A DNA stretch of 64,000 nucleotides from NCBI GenBank assembly GCA_046725875.1, contig JBKOZJ010000043.1, positions 2,608-66,607 of the forward strand. The letters run 5' to 3'. The notes under the pieces are model-generated. The model saw nothing but the letters and a program-made list of their open reading frames with translations. It searched no databases and was not told where the DNA came from. Below, in pieces: positions 43,094 through 52,854 of the stretch. The DNA comes from Actinomycetota bacterium (GTDB lineage Bacteria; Actinomycetota; Actinomycetes; JAKEEW01). Position numbers and translations under genes: made by a program. Each line of letters starts with the position of its first letter. Positions within the stretch are counted from its first letter, which is position 1.

Positions 43094-43921
43094 GTGGATT
43101 TGTTCTCAAGAAGGAAGCGGCGAATCGGACAATCCTGGAGCCGCGAGGACCCGGATGCATTTCTGGCGTTCGCGGATCTTGTGTTGGAGCACTCCTTCGC
43201 GCAGCGTCTGCAGGATGTCTGGGCATTGTGGGAGACCGGATTCCGGACTGCCGGATACTTCGTCGAGTTCGGGGCGCTGAGCGGTCGGGATTTCTCCAAC
43301 ACATATACGTTGGAACAGTTGGGCTGGCAAGGTATTGTCGCGGAACCCCACCCGGATTACGAACGGCCGCTCCGCCGTAACCGGAAGTGCCACATCTCCA
43401 CCAGGTGTGTCTTCGACGAGAGCGGCAAGACCGTTACCTTCCATGCCGTACGCGGACGTCCGGCGCTTTCGGGCATCAATGGCTTCGGTGAAGGCGACGA
43501 TAAGCAGGACTTGCGCAGCGACTTCGTTTCGTATCCGGTGGAGACCGTGTCGCTCCTCGATCTCCTCCTCGACGCTGGAGCACCGCCACAGATTGACTTC
43601 TTGTCAATCGACACCGAGGGCTCGGAACCAGTGATCTTGCGAGCTTTCGACTTCCATAAGTACGCCATCCAGTGCATTACGGTCGAACACAACGTCCACC
43701 AGCGTCAGGAGTTGTACGCCCTGCTCGCAAGCAAGGGCTATCGCAGAAAGTGGCCCGAGATCTCGGGCCATGACGACTGGTACGTTCACGACGGCGCCTA
43801 TCCACGCTGGTCAAGCTCGGGAGCGTCGAAGCTGGTTGCCAAGCTAGCCGCGAGCCCGGTCTTCGAACAAGCTCTGCACGAGAGAAGGCACCTGCTCGAC
43901 CAGCTCACCAAGAACCGCTGA
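43094..43921 (+). CDS. FkbM-family methyltransferase
   Basis: GYFVEFGA..G..FSNT, WQGIVAEP, IDFLSIDTEGSE, TVEHN. Confidence 0.9.
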   Translation: MDLFSRRKRRIGQSWSREDPDAFLAFADLVLEHSFAQRLQDVWALWETGFRTAGYFVEFGALSGRDFSNTYTLEQLGWQGIVAEPHPDYERPLRRNRKCHISTRCVFDESGKTVTFHAVRGRPALSGINGFGEGDDKQDLRSDFVSYPVETVSLLDLLLDAGAPPQIDFLSIDTEGSEPVILRAFDFHKYAIQCITVEHNVHQRQELYALLASKGYRRKWPEISGHDDWYVHDGAYPRWSSSGASKLVAKLAASPVFEQALHERRHLLDQLTKNR

Positions 43922-43930
43922 CCCTACCGT

Positions 43931-44821
43931 TTATTGTGCACGTCCCTGCTCTGGGTCGCCCCGGTCCAGCAACGCGAGGAGATAGTCCCCGTAGCCGCCT
44001 TTCCGCAGCGGCTCGGCGATCCTGCGGAGTTGGTCTGCAGATATGAATCCTTGCTGGTAGGCGACTTCCTCGACACAACCGATCTTCAGGCCCTGCCGTT
44101 CCTCCACCACGTGGACGAACTCGGCAGCCTGCATGAGTGACGCGAACGTCCCCGTGTCGAGCCAGGCCGTGCCCCGTTCGAGCACCTCGACCTGGAGTCT
44201 TCCATCGTTTAGGTAGGCCTGGTTCACCGCGGTGATCTCGAGCTCACCGCGCGCGCTTGGTCGGATCCCGCGCGCGATATCGACGACCGAGTTGTCGTAG
44301 AAGTAGAGGCCAGGCACAGAGTACGAGCTCTTCGGCTTGGCCGGCTTCTCTTCGATAGACAGCGCCCTCCCGTTTGAGTCGAACTCGACCACCCCGTACG
44401 CGGTCGGATTCGCCACGTGATAGGCGAAGATGTGTGCCCCATCCGGTTGGACGCACTTCTGCAGGTCGGTTCCAAGGCCGGTCCCGTAGAAGATGTTGTC
44501 GCCGAGGATCAGGGCGACACTCTCGCGGCCGATGAAATCGGCCCCGATGAGGAACGCCTGCGCGAGACCCTCCGGACGTGGCTGCACCGCATATGAGAGT
44601 GAGATCCCGAGATCTGCCCCGTCGCCGAGCAACCGCTGGAACTGTGACTGGTCCTCCGGCGTCGTAATGATCAAGACGTCGCGAATCCCCGCCATCATTA
44701 AGGTCGACAGGGGGTAGTAGATCAGCGGCTTGTCATAGACGGGCACGAGTTGCTTGCTCACGCCCTTGGTGATCGGATAGAGCCGCGTACCGGATCCCCC
44801 AGCCAGGATGATTCCGCGCAT
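43931..44821 (-). CDS. rmlA: Glucose-1-phosphate thymidylyltransferase
   Basis: [38 protein letters not shown]. Confidence 0.98.
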   Translation of the reverse strand: MRGIILAGGSGTRLYPITKGVSKQLVPVYDKPLIYYPLSTLMMAGIRDVLIITTPEDQSQFQRLLGDGADLGISLSYAVQPRPEGLAQAFLIGADFIGRESVALILGDNIFYGTGLGTDLQKCVQPDGAHIFAYHVANPTAYGVVEFDSNGRALSIEEKPAKPKSSYSVPGLYFYDNSVVDIARGIRPSARGELEITAVNQAYLNDGRLQVEVLERGTAWLDTGTFASLMQAAEFVHVVEERQGLKIGCVEEVAYQQGFISADQLRRIAEPLRKGGYGDYLLALLDRGDPEQGRAQ

Positions 44822-44900
44822 GGCGCCACGCTACCGGTTTGGCGATGCGGACCGCGGACTTGAGTAGCATCTACTCGCCCATGACCACATCGAAGACCGG

Positions 44901-45896
44901 ATGGCTATGAAGATCCTCGTGACCGGCGGCGCCGGCTTCATCGGCTCGCACTTCGTCCGTACTGTGCTCGGCGGGAGGTACGCCTCACTCGGTGACCCCC
45001 GGCTGGTGATCCTGGACAAGCTCACCTATGCCGGCAATCCGGCGAATCTCGATCCAATCCGGGACGACCCGCGGTTCGCCTTCGTGCGCGGCGACATTAC
45101 GGACGCACGCCTGGTCGACGAGGTGATGAATGGCGTTGACGCGGTCGTGCACTTTGCGGCGGAGTCGCACGTGGACCGATCAATCACCGGCGCCGCTGAA
45201 TTCGTCGTGACGAATGTCGTCGGTACCCAGGTCCTGCTCGACGCCGCCCTCCGGCACGGAATCGAACGCTTCCTTCACGTGTCGACGGACGAGGTGTACG
45301 GATCCATCGAGACCGGATCGTGTCCGGAAACTCACCCGCTCGAGCCCAACTCGCCGTACTCCGCGTCGAAGGCCGCCTCAGACCTGATCGCGCGGTCATA
45401 TGCCCGAACGCACGGCCTCGATGTCGTCATAACACGCTGCTCCAACAACTACGGGCCGTATCAGTTTCCGGAGAAGGTGATTCCGCTGTTCGTCACCAAC
45501 CTCCTGGATGGGAAGAAGGTTCCGCTCTACGGCGACGGGCTACACGTGCGCGACTGGTTGCACGTCGATGACCACTGTCGCGGCATCGTGCTCGCGCTCG
45601 ACAAGGGCCGCGCTGGCGAGATCTACAACATCGGTGGGGGAACTGGAATGGCCAACAGGGAGCTCACATCGTTGGTGCTCGCTTCGTGTGGGGCGGACTG
45701 GGACAGCGTGGAGATGGTGGAAGACCGCAAGGCTCACGACCGTAGGTATTCGGTCGACTTCACCAAGATCTCAGACGAGCTTGGATACCACCCAGAGATC
45801 CCCTTCGAGCAGGGCCTGGCCGAGACAGTTGCCTGGTATCGGGACAACCGGGCCTGGTGGGAGCCGCTGAAGGCACGGGCGGTGCTGCGCCGATGA
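44901..45896 (+). CDS. rmlB: dTDP-glucose 4,6-dehydratase
   Basis: TGGAGFIG, AAESHVDRSI, STDEVYG, YSASK. Confidence 0.97.
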   Translation: MAMKILVTGGAGFIGSHFVRTVLGGRYASLGDPRLVILDKLTYAGNPANLDPIRDDPRFAFVRGDITDARLVDEVMNGVDAVVHFAAESHVDRSITGAAEFVVTNVVGTQVLLDAALRHGIERFLHVSTDEVYGSIETGSCPETHPLEPNSPYSASKAASDLIARSYARTHGLDVVITRCSNNYGPYQFPEKVIPLFVTNLLDGKKVPLYGDGLHVRDWLHVDDHCRGIVLALDKGRAGEIYNIGGGTGMANRELTSLVLASCGADWDSVEMVEDRKAHDRRYSVDFTKISDELGYHPEIPFEQGLAETVAWYRDNRAWWEPLKARAVLRR

Positions 45897-46750
45897 CCAG
45901 GTGGGCTGTGGTCGGCGCAGGCGGAATGCTCGGCAGCGACCTTCGAAAGCGGCTGCGCGATCAGGATCTCGTCGCTCTGACCCGAGGCGACCTTGATATC
46001 ACGGATCACGATGCCGCCGTCGAGGCGCTGGGGTGGCACCGGCCCGACATTGTCGTCAACTGTGCTGCGTGGACCGCTGTCGACGCAGCGGAAGACCACG
46101 AGGGTGAGGCGTTTGCGGTCAACGCCATCGGCGCCGCGAACATTGCGGATGCGTGCCGGGAAGTTGCCGCGCGGCTGGTCCATATCTCGACCGACTACGT
46201 CTTCGACGGCATGGCAACGACGCCGTATTCCGAGACTGCACCCCTGCGTCCGCGGTCGGCATACGGCAGATCGAAGGCGGCCGGTGAGTGGGCGGTGCAG
46301 AGCATCTTGCCCGATCGCTCCTGGATCGTGCGCACTGCCTGGCTTTACGGGGCGGCGGGCCCTAACTTCGTGCGGACCGTGATCAGGCTGGAGAAGGAGC
46401 GCGACACCGTCGACGTCGTCGATGACCAGCGCGGCCAGCCGACATGGTCGGCTGACGTAGCACACCAGATCGTGGAACTTGTTGAAGCCGGCGCGCCGGC
46501 GGGCGCCTTCCACGCCACCGCATCAGGCTCCGCGACATGGTTCGACCTGGCCCGCGCGGTGTTCGAGCTCCTTGGAGCCGATCCGGAACGGGTTCGACCG
46601 ACTACCTCCGACAGCTTCATCCGCCCGGCGCCCCGCCCGTCGTACTCGGTCTTGGGACACGACGCTTGGCACCGGATCGGTCTGGCGCCTCTCCCGCATT
46701 GGCGGACGTCACTCGGTCAGGCCTTCGACGCGCTCCGCGATGCTGCATAG
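45893..46750 (+). CDS. rmlD: dTDP-4-dehydrorhamnose reductase
   Basis: GAGGMLG, STDYVFDG, YGRSK, DDQRGQPT. Confidence 0.96.
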   Translation: MTRWAVVGAGGMLGSDLRKRLRDQDLVALTRGDLDITDHDAAVEALGWHRPDIVVNCAAWTAVDAAEDHEGEAFAVNAIGAANIADACREVAARLVHISTDYVFDGMATTPYSETAPLRPRSAYGRSKAAGEWAVQSILPDRSWIVRTAWLYGAAGPNFVRTVIRLEKERDTVDVVDDQRGQPTWSADVAHQIVELVEAGAPAGAFHATASGSATWFDLARAVFELLGADPERVRPTTSDSFIRPAPRPSYSVLGHDAWHRIGLAPLPHWRTSLGQAFDALRDAA

Positions 46751-47337
46751 AAGGCCTGGCATTCTTCATAGCTCGGGAGAAGACCGGCGATGGCGGCCTC
46801 AGCAAGCGTGGGGGCCGAGTCGTCTTTCGGAGACAGGCGCGGCTCCACGTTGTCGGGCCAGCCAATGCCCAGCTGGGGGTCAAGCGGGTTTATTCCGAAC
46901 TCGCGGGACGGCGAATAGACCTCAGAGCAGAGGTAGGTCACCGTTGCTCCATCCGTGAGCGACATGAACGCGTGGCCGAGACCTTCGGAGATGTAGACCG
47001 CCCGCCGGTCACGGTCGTCCAGGCGAACGGCATGCCAGGTGCCGAAGGTTGGCGATCCCACCCGAATGTCGACGATGACGTCGAGGACGGATCCCTGGAG
47101 GCAGGTCACATACTTCGCCTGGCTCGGTGGCACCGCTGCGGCGTGGATGCCGCGCAGCACGCCGCGACCGGATACCGAGCAGTTCGCCTGCCGGAGGTCC
47201 AGGGCGCGGCCGCGGATCGCCTGGAGGTATTCGAAGCGGTACCACTCGAGAAAGAGGCCACGATCGTCCCGGTGCTGCGTTGGCGTGATCACGTATGCGT
47301 CCGGGACGGCCGACTCGACGATTTCCATCACATTCAC
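46717..47337 (-). CDS. rmlC: dTDP-4-dehydrorhamnose 3,5-epimerase
   Basis: DDRGLF, GVLRGIH, QAKYV, DIRVGSPTFG, GLGHAF. Confidence 0.95.
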   Translation of the reverse strand: MNVMEIVESAVPDAYVITPTQHRDDRGLFLEWYRFEYLQAIRGRALDLRQANCSVSGRGVLRGIHAAAVPPSQAKYVTCLQGSVLDVIVDIRVGSPTFGTWHAVRLDDRDRRAVYISEGLGHAFMSLTDGATVTYLCSEVYSPSREFGINPLDPQLGIGWPDNVEPRLSPKDDSAPTLAEAAIAGLLPSYEECQAFYAASRSASKA

Positions 47338-47537
47338 CCTCGGTCAGAACATGAGTTCGGTCGACGGCACGCTACCGGCAAGCGCCGCCGGGTCGTGGTT
47401 GACCAAGCCGACCGCTTGCGCCTCCGCCATGTTGCCGCTGGTTCGGCGACGCCTTACCCGACCTCCGTGGTGGTAGTTGTCCACTGATTAGCTGAAGGTG
47501 GGAAGATCTCGGCGATATGTTGTGGCAGGTGGGAAGC

Positions 47538-48461
47538 ATGACGGAGACCGATCCCCGCTCAGGCCGAAGCAGTGACGTCGACGTGTCGATCATCCTGCCC
47601 TGCTTCAACGAGCAAAAGCATGTGCTCCGCGAGCTCGAGCGGATCACTGCCACGCTGGATGCGAGCGGGTACTCCTATGAGCTGCTAGTGATCGACGACG
47701 GCTCCACCGACGGAAGCCTGAAGATCCTCCAGGACGCACAGTCCCGCTTCCCGGCGATGCGCTTGATCTCCTTCCGCAGAAATGGCGGTTCCGGTACGGC
47801 CCGCCGCATCGGCACGCAGCAGGCGCGCGGCGAGATCGTGGTATGGACCGACGCGGACATGACATATCCGAACGAGCGGATACCCGAGTTCGTCTGGTTC
47901 CTGAGGGAGAACACTGAGTACGACCAGATGGTCGGCGCTCGGACCTCGGAGGCGGGCTCGTACAAGCTCTTCAGAGTTCCGACCAAGTGGCTTGTGCGCA
48001 AGATCGCGCAACGTCTCACGAATACCAAGATCCCCGACCTCAACTCGGGAATGCGGGCGTTCCGTCGCGAAATGGCACTGCCGTACCTGCACCTGCTGCC
48101 ACCCGGCTTCTCGTGCGTGACCACGATCACATTGGCGTTTCTCCACAACCAGCATGAGATCTACTACATGCCGATCAGCTACGCGAAGCGGTCCGGGAGG
48201 TCGAAGTTCCACCTCGTTAAGGACGCGTACCGCTACATCCTCCAAGTGCTGCGGATGGTGATGTACTTCAACCCGCTCAAGGTGCTGATGCCGCCGGCGC
48301 TGTGGTTGCTTGGAATCGGCGCGGCGAAAGGGATCTTCGACATGGTCGTGCACCCGGTTCGCTTCGCCGCCAACACTGTGCTGATCTTCCTGACCGGACT
48401 GATCCTCGCCTCCGTCGCACTCCTCGCGGATCTGGTCGTACGATCACGCGTCGACGCCTAA
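47538..48461 (+). CDS. GT2 glycosyltransferase (DPM1-like, two C-terminal TM helices)
   Basis: SIILPCFNE, IDDGSTD, TDADMTY, DLNSGMRAFRR. Confidence 0.9.
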   Translation: MTETDPRSGRSSDVDVSIILPCFNEQKHVLRELERITATLDASGYSYELLVIDDGSTDGSLKILQDAQSRFPAMRLISFRRNGGSGTARRIGTQQARGEIVVWTDADMTYPNERIPEFVWFLRENTEYDQMVGARTSEAGSYKLFRVPTKWLVRKIAQRLTNTKIPDLNSGMRAFRREMALPYLHLLPPGFSCVTTITLAFLHNQHEIYYMPISYAKRSGRSKFHLVKDAYRYILQVLRMVMYFNPLKVLMPPALWLLGIGAAKGIFDMVVHPVRFAANTVLIFLTGLILASVALLADLVVRSRVDA

Positions 48462-48565
48462 CATTCCGGCCGATCAGCATGCGTATAGCACATGTCGTGT
48501 GCCAACCCATCCGTACCACTTCCTTGCCGGGCCGTTCGCCGCAGCGGCATTCGGCGCCTAATGGG

Positions 48566-49747
48566 TTAGCGGCGACGTACCCGCAGCAGGCGCGCCGCAT
48601 GCGCGCCTTCGTAACTAGTCAACCGAGCTTTGCCAAGAGCGAACCGCTCCATTCGCGGGCCGCGGCGAGACGTGCTAGTGCTTCCTCCGGTCCACCCGGA
48701 CGCTATCGGCACGGCGACCCCAGCGGCCTCGGCTACCTCCGATTTCGTGGGCTCCGGTGGCTCACGCTCGGCGGAGTAGCTCAGCTCGATGAGGTCCCCG
48801 ACAACGCGGACGCCTGATTGGCGGAGCTCAGCAATGTTCTCGTCATTCCATCTGCCGACCTGATCACGGCGGTTTGCCGGGATGGCCAACCGCGGACCGC
48901 GCTCCTCACGTTCGTCGAATGCGTGTACGACGCGGTTGCTGAGCCGCCTTACGTCGGCTCGTTGCCATCCCGCCGACAACAGATTGTCGTTCATTGCTCT
49001 TAGCACCTCGGCTTCGGCTGCGGTCACCCCACCGTGAACAGTGGTGGTCGCATCGGGCGTCGGGATGTTTGAGGTGTCGCCAACATCAATTGCTTTTATA
49101 AACCGTCGCCATAGCAAGTCCGCCGGCGAGCCAGGGTTGGCGATGAAGGTTACCCGTTCCATTCCCACAATCGACGCCCACCTCTGGACGAGCCGCCCGA
49201 GGGCGAGCGCCCGCCACTGATGTGATGCGCGATCATCTTCAATGTTAGACCAGCCCGCCTCCCGCTCGCGTGCCAGTTGGCCCAGGAAGGAATCGAAGCC
49301 ACGCGCGTTCCCGTTGCGAATAAGCTGTTGCCAGAAGGAGGGTAGTAATCTGCCGAGGCCGCGCCCAGTCATGACAATGTCCACATTGTCTGCAATGCAT
49401 AGCGCATCAATGATGTGTCGGGCGGCGTCGAGCCGCACCACTGACAGTGCCTCAGCGGAGACGATCGCGATGCCGGGCCACTCGCGCACCTGCTTCTGCA
49501 GATTCTTCCACCAACCCTCCTCCTGGGCCGCCCGCTCGGCGCCGACCCAGGGATACTCATCGCCGAGCAACGCATATGTTGCAAGCTCATGGTGGTTCAC
49601 GCGGTCGCGCCTGCGCCGGCGGCGACCCGGAAGCGGATAGAGAACACCAATCTCAGCGAATTTCCGCGCCCGGTCCTGCATCATCCTTTGGAGATATGTT
49701 GTCCCCGACTTCTGGACGCCAATGTGCAGAACGAGTCGCTGAGCCAT
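48566..49747 (-). CDS. Sulfotransferase-like P-loop protein
   Basis: LHIGVQKSGTTYLQ, VSAEALS, PSFWQQ. Confidence 0.7.
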   Translation of the reverse strand: MAQRLVLHIGVQKSGTTYLQRMMQDRARKFAEIGVLYPLPGRRRRRRDRVNHHELATYALLGDEYPWVGAERAAQEEGWWKNLQKQVREWPGIAIVSAEALSVVRLDAARHIIDALCIADNVDIVMTGRGLGRLLPSFWQQLIRNGNARGFDSFLGQLAREREAGWSNIEDDRASHQWRALALGRLVQRWASIVGMERVTFIANPGSPADLLWRRFIKAIDVGDTSNIPTPDATTTVHGGVTAAEAEVLRAMNDNLLSAGWQRADVRRLSNRVVHAFDEREERGPRLAIPANRRDQVGRWNDENIAELRQSGVRVVGDLIELSYSAEREPPEPTKSEVAEAAGVAVPIASGWTGGSTSTSRRGPRMERFALGKARLTSYEGAHAARLLRVRRR

Positions 49748-49782
49748 CAGTTACTCCATTTTCAGGAGACAACAAGTTGCCC

Positions 49783-52368
49783 TCACCCCAACAGCTCCTT
49801 GAGGCGCCTCGCGCCGGCCTCCGTGCCACAATGCTCATCAACGAAGACGACGCCGCGAGCCGAGTACCTCGCGTATTCGTCAAGGTCAGACCAGAGGGTT
49901 CTGACGGCATCGGGAACACGACCGGGCTCGGCGTATACGGCCGCATCGCCGAACGTCTCCGCATACTCCGGTGGCAGTACGCAGGGGATGCCCTTGGCCA
50001 TCGCTTCAGCGATGTTTCGACCGAACTCTTCGATGTATGTGCTGTGGTGGAAATGCAGGAAGATGTCTATCCCAGCGAGAAAGTCTTCGACCGGCATCGC
50101 GTCGAACGGGTAGACCACCCAGTTTTTCGGACGGTGGCCGAGAACCTTTTCTGCGACGCTCGCACCGCCAAGCAGCCGCACCTCGTACTCTGTTCCCGCG
50201 AGGTAGCACATCTCAAGAACGTCAGCCACCTCAGGCCACTTCGTGACGTCGTCACGGCTGTGCCGCCCGACGATTGGAAGCCCATGAAGGTGGACAGCGC
50301 GCCTGGGCCGGGTACTTGCCCTCCAGTTGACTATTGGGTACCAGTCCTCATCGTGAAGGAGCTCGGGAGGCACTTCAGGCTGTAGGTACCGCCGCACCCT
50401 TGGGCTGATGGGAATCCAGATAGGATCCGAGCCGAATGCCTGCTCGTAGAGCTGCCGCACCGCGTTCGTCTGGTACTGGACCCCGCCACGGTCTGTCATC
50501 TCCCATGGCAGCTGGTTGACCAGGAGATAGTGCCCCGCCGCATCCACGCGAGGATAGTTTGAGAACTCTCTCTTCAGCACTGGAGGATGATGCACCAAGA
50601 GGGTTCGGGCGGAGACGTGGTCTTCCGGCGTCAGAAGGTCAACCCCATCGAGCTGGAAGAGCGCTCGATATGTCGGGTCGATCGTGCCAGACCCGCGTAG
50701 TCTGTAACGTGGCATGTTGAAAACACCGACGCGAAGCCCAAGGTTGCGAGCGCAGTCGATGTACGCGAGGTTGCAGCGTCTGGTCCCACCCTTCAAGGCC
50801 AAGTCAGAACCAACAACAAGATCGTAGGACCGGTCGATCTGGTCACGGTTTGGGGCCAGCGAGCGAGCGGCGAAGAACGGTGACTTGGCGTCCGTGCGCC
50901 GATGTTCGTTGTAGGACGGCACCTCGCCATCGCAGAAAGCCCGCTTACGCCAGAAGCGCGCCTGCTCGGTGTACTCCCTCCGCGATCCGAAATCGACCGA
51001 CCGCAGGGCGGTGTCCTTCCTCTCTGTGAGATTGTCGCGGGTGACCAGGAAGAATGACAACGGAACTGAAGTCTCTGCCTCGACTAACGAGGATCGGCCG
51101 TAGAAATCGCGCAACCGCTCGATCAGCTCCGAATCCGCATGCGCCCGAACCGTGTCCCAACCACCAAAATTCCGTAACGTCTCAGTCTTCACAAGCAACG
51201 ACGTGTAGTTCCAGTGAATGGGCTCCAGCATCCGTCGGTAAGGTCGGAGAAGGAACTCCATGTTAGGCGTGACCCGCGCCAGCCGGGAGAACGACCCGAC
51301 AACCCGCCCGCCCCGAATGATCTCCAGCTGCCGTTCGATCATCTGCGGATGCGACCAGTCGTCGGCATCGTGAACGGTGAAGTACTCCCCGGTTGCGTTC
51401 ACCAATCCAGTGTTGCGGGCAGCATAGGCCCCAAGGTTCTGGCTGTGCCCGAGGAATTTAATACGCCGATCCAGGGCAGCGAGTTCCTTCGCTACCGCAC
51501 TGGTGTTGTCGGTGCTAGCGTCGTCGACGATGAGAATCTCGATGCGCGAGAAGTTCTGCATTCTCAGGCTGTTCACTGAGGTGGCGAGCGTCGATTCGGC
51601 GTTGTAGGCGGGAACGACGATGGAGACGACCGGTGCTGCCGGCTCCCAGTCGGAGGTGACCCTGCCGCGGGAGTCTTGGGTCAGAGCACTAAACTGCAGC
51701 ACATCTGAGCTCACGAGCTCGCTGAGGCGAACAAGAGATCGCTGCTGGTAGACCCAGTCGATAAGTTCGAGCCGCTCGGCGTCTGCGGTCTCACGCGGCA
51801 GTACACCCGCTTCGGCCTGACGGAGACGGAGGTTGGCCTGCATCAGATGTAGATCAGGAGAGTCCGAACCCCAGAGCTCGAACAGACAGTCGGCATCCTC
51901 GAAGAAGGTGAGCTGAGTGAGAAGGTGGTGCTCGAGAACCCGCAGTCGCTCCGGATGCTCGGGCCCATTAAGTGTCCGTGCCTGGATGAGGCGATCAAGA
52001 GCGAGATCATGCTTCTCGTTGGTTGCATACCAGCGAGCAAGCGTCTCGCATGCGCGACCGATGGGCTTCCCTGTCGTAGCGTCCGCGCGCCGTAACCGCT
52101 CTAATTCTGCGAGTGCGTCGGATTCGAATCCCATCCACACTGCACGAGATATCGAGTGGATCTCCTTTTGGAACACGCGCTCTTGCGAGCGGGTCTGCGA
52201 GAAGATGCGCCGAAAACCGCGTCTTAGGCGGGCGCGCACCTTAGACGGCAGTACGCGTCGTGCTGCAGCCGCCAGAGGGCTCCAGCGCCTACCGGACAGA
52301 TATATGCTCGCAAGCTGATTAGCGCTACGGATTACCCTGCGCATCCTCGTGCTTGTTCCTCTCCGCAA
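49783..52368 (-). CDS. Multidomain glycosyltransferase (helical N-terminus + GT2 + GT-B); start may be 52344
   Basis: VSIVVPAYNA, VDDASTD, HDADDWSHP; C-terminal GRHSRD..KW, EEFGRNIAEAMA. Confidence 0.88.
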   Translation of the reverse strand: MRRGTSTRMRRVIRSANQLASIYLSGRRWSPLAAAARRVLPSKVRARLRRGFRRIFSQTRSQERVFQKEIHSISRAVWMGFESDALAELERLRRADATTGKPIGRACETLARWYATNEKHDLALDRLIQARTLNGPEHPERLRVLEHHLLTQLTFFEDADCLFELWGSDSPDLHLMQANLRLRQAEAGVLPRETADAERLELIDWVYQQRSLVRLSELVSSDVLQFSALTQDSRGRVTSDWEPAAPVVSIVVPAYNAESTLATSVNSLRMQNFSRIEILIVDDASTDNTSAVAKELAALDRRIKFLGHSQNLGAYAARNTGLVNATGEYFTVHDADDWSHPQMIERQLEIIRGGRVVGSFSRLARVTPNMEFLLRPYRRMLEPIHWNYTSLLVKTETLRNFGGWDTVRAHADSELIERLRDFYGRSSLVEAETSVPLSFFLVTRDNLTERKDTALRSVDFGSRREYTEQARFWRKRAFCDGEVPSYNEHRRTDAKSPFFAARSLAPNRDQIDRSYDLVVGSDLALKGGTRRCNLAYIDCARNLGLRVGVFNMPRYRLRGSGTIDPTYRALFQLDGVDLLTPEDHVSARTLLVHHPPVLKREFSNYPRVDAAGHYLLVNQLPWEMTDRGGVQYQTNAVRQLYEQAFGSDPIWIPISPRVRRYLQPEVPPELLHDEDWYPIVNWRASTRPRRAVHLHGLPIVGRHSRDDVTKWPEVADVLEMCYLAGTEYEVRLLGGASVAEKVLGHRPKNWVVYPFDAMPVEDFLAGIDIFLHFHHSTYIEEFGRNIAEAMAKGIPCVLPPEYAETFGDAAVYAEPGRVPDAVRTLWSDLDEYARYSARGVVFVDEHCGTEAGARRLKELLG

Positions 52369-52682
52369 GACGGTCCTGCTCCCAGGTGTCGTCCCTGCCC
52401 CGGCAGCAGCGCAGCCGCGGCGATCCTGGCGACCGGCGCTGTTCAGTGGGTGGCAAGCGGACTCCGCGAGGCCGCGAGCATCCTACACGCCGGGACGGGA
52501 GGCCGACGGTCTCTTGGGAAGCCTGCAATGCGCCGCGGGCTCCTCCCAGGCGACCAGTGGGCCGGGCCGGCCCCACGCCCGGCCGTGGCTCCGGCCGAGT
52601 GCCCTGCTGACGCCCACATCGCTGCAACGGTGTCAAGTCCCCAGCCAGCAACCAAGGCGGTCACCCAGGCCCTCCACCCCGG

Positions 52683-52812
52683 AGTCGGATCAACCGCCCG
52701 CACTCCATGGCCGCGGTGAGGTCGCTCCAGCTCAAGGCAGCACGTGGCCCTGCTCGTTGAAGCAGGGCAGGACGATCGTAACGTCGAGGTCACCGACCCG
52801 ACGCGATCTCAT
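52683..52812 (-). pseudogene. Frameshifted N-terminal fragment of a GT2 paralogous to 47538..48461
   Basis: MRSRRVGDLDVTIVLPCFNEQGHVL, 13/16 identical to DVSIILPCFNEQKHVL, followed by +1 shifts through ELER and TAAME. Confidence 0.8.
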
Positions 52813-52854
52813 GGCCGTCCAGCCGTCGCCGTTCCCACGTGCCTCGCATTGGGC

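Noticed and set aside
45331-45341. CTCACCCGCTC matching the tRNA-Gly 3' end (possible attR)
   Set aside because: Only 11 bp, inside intact rmlB coding sequence, and no integrase; consistent with chance
47496-47536. AGGTGGGAAG repeated 31 bp apart
   Set aside because: Second copy doubles as the RBS region; two 10-mers are too little evidence for an operator or target duplication
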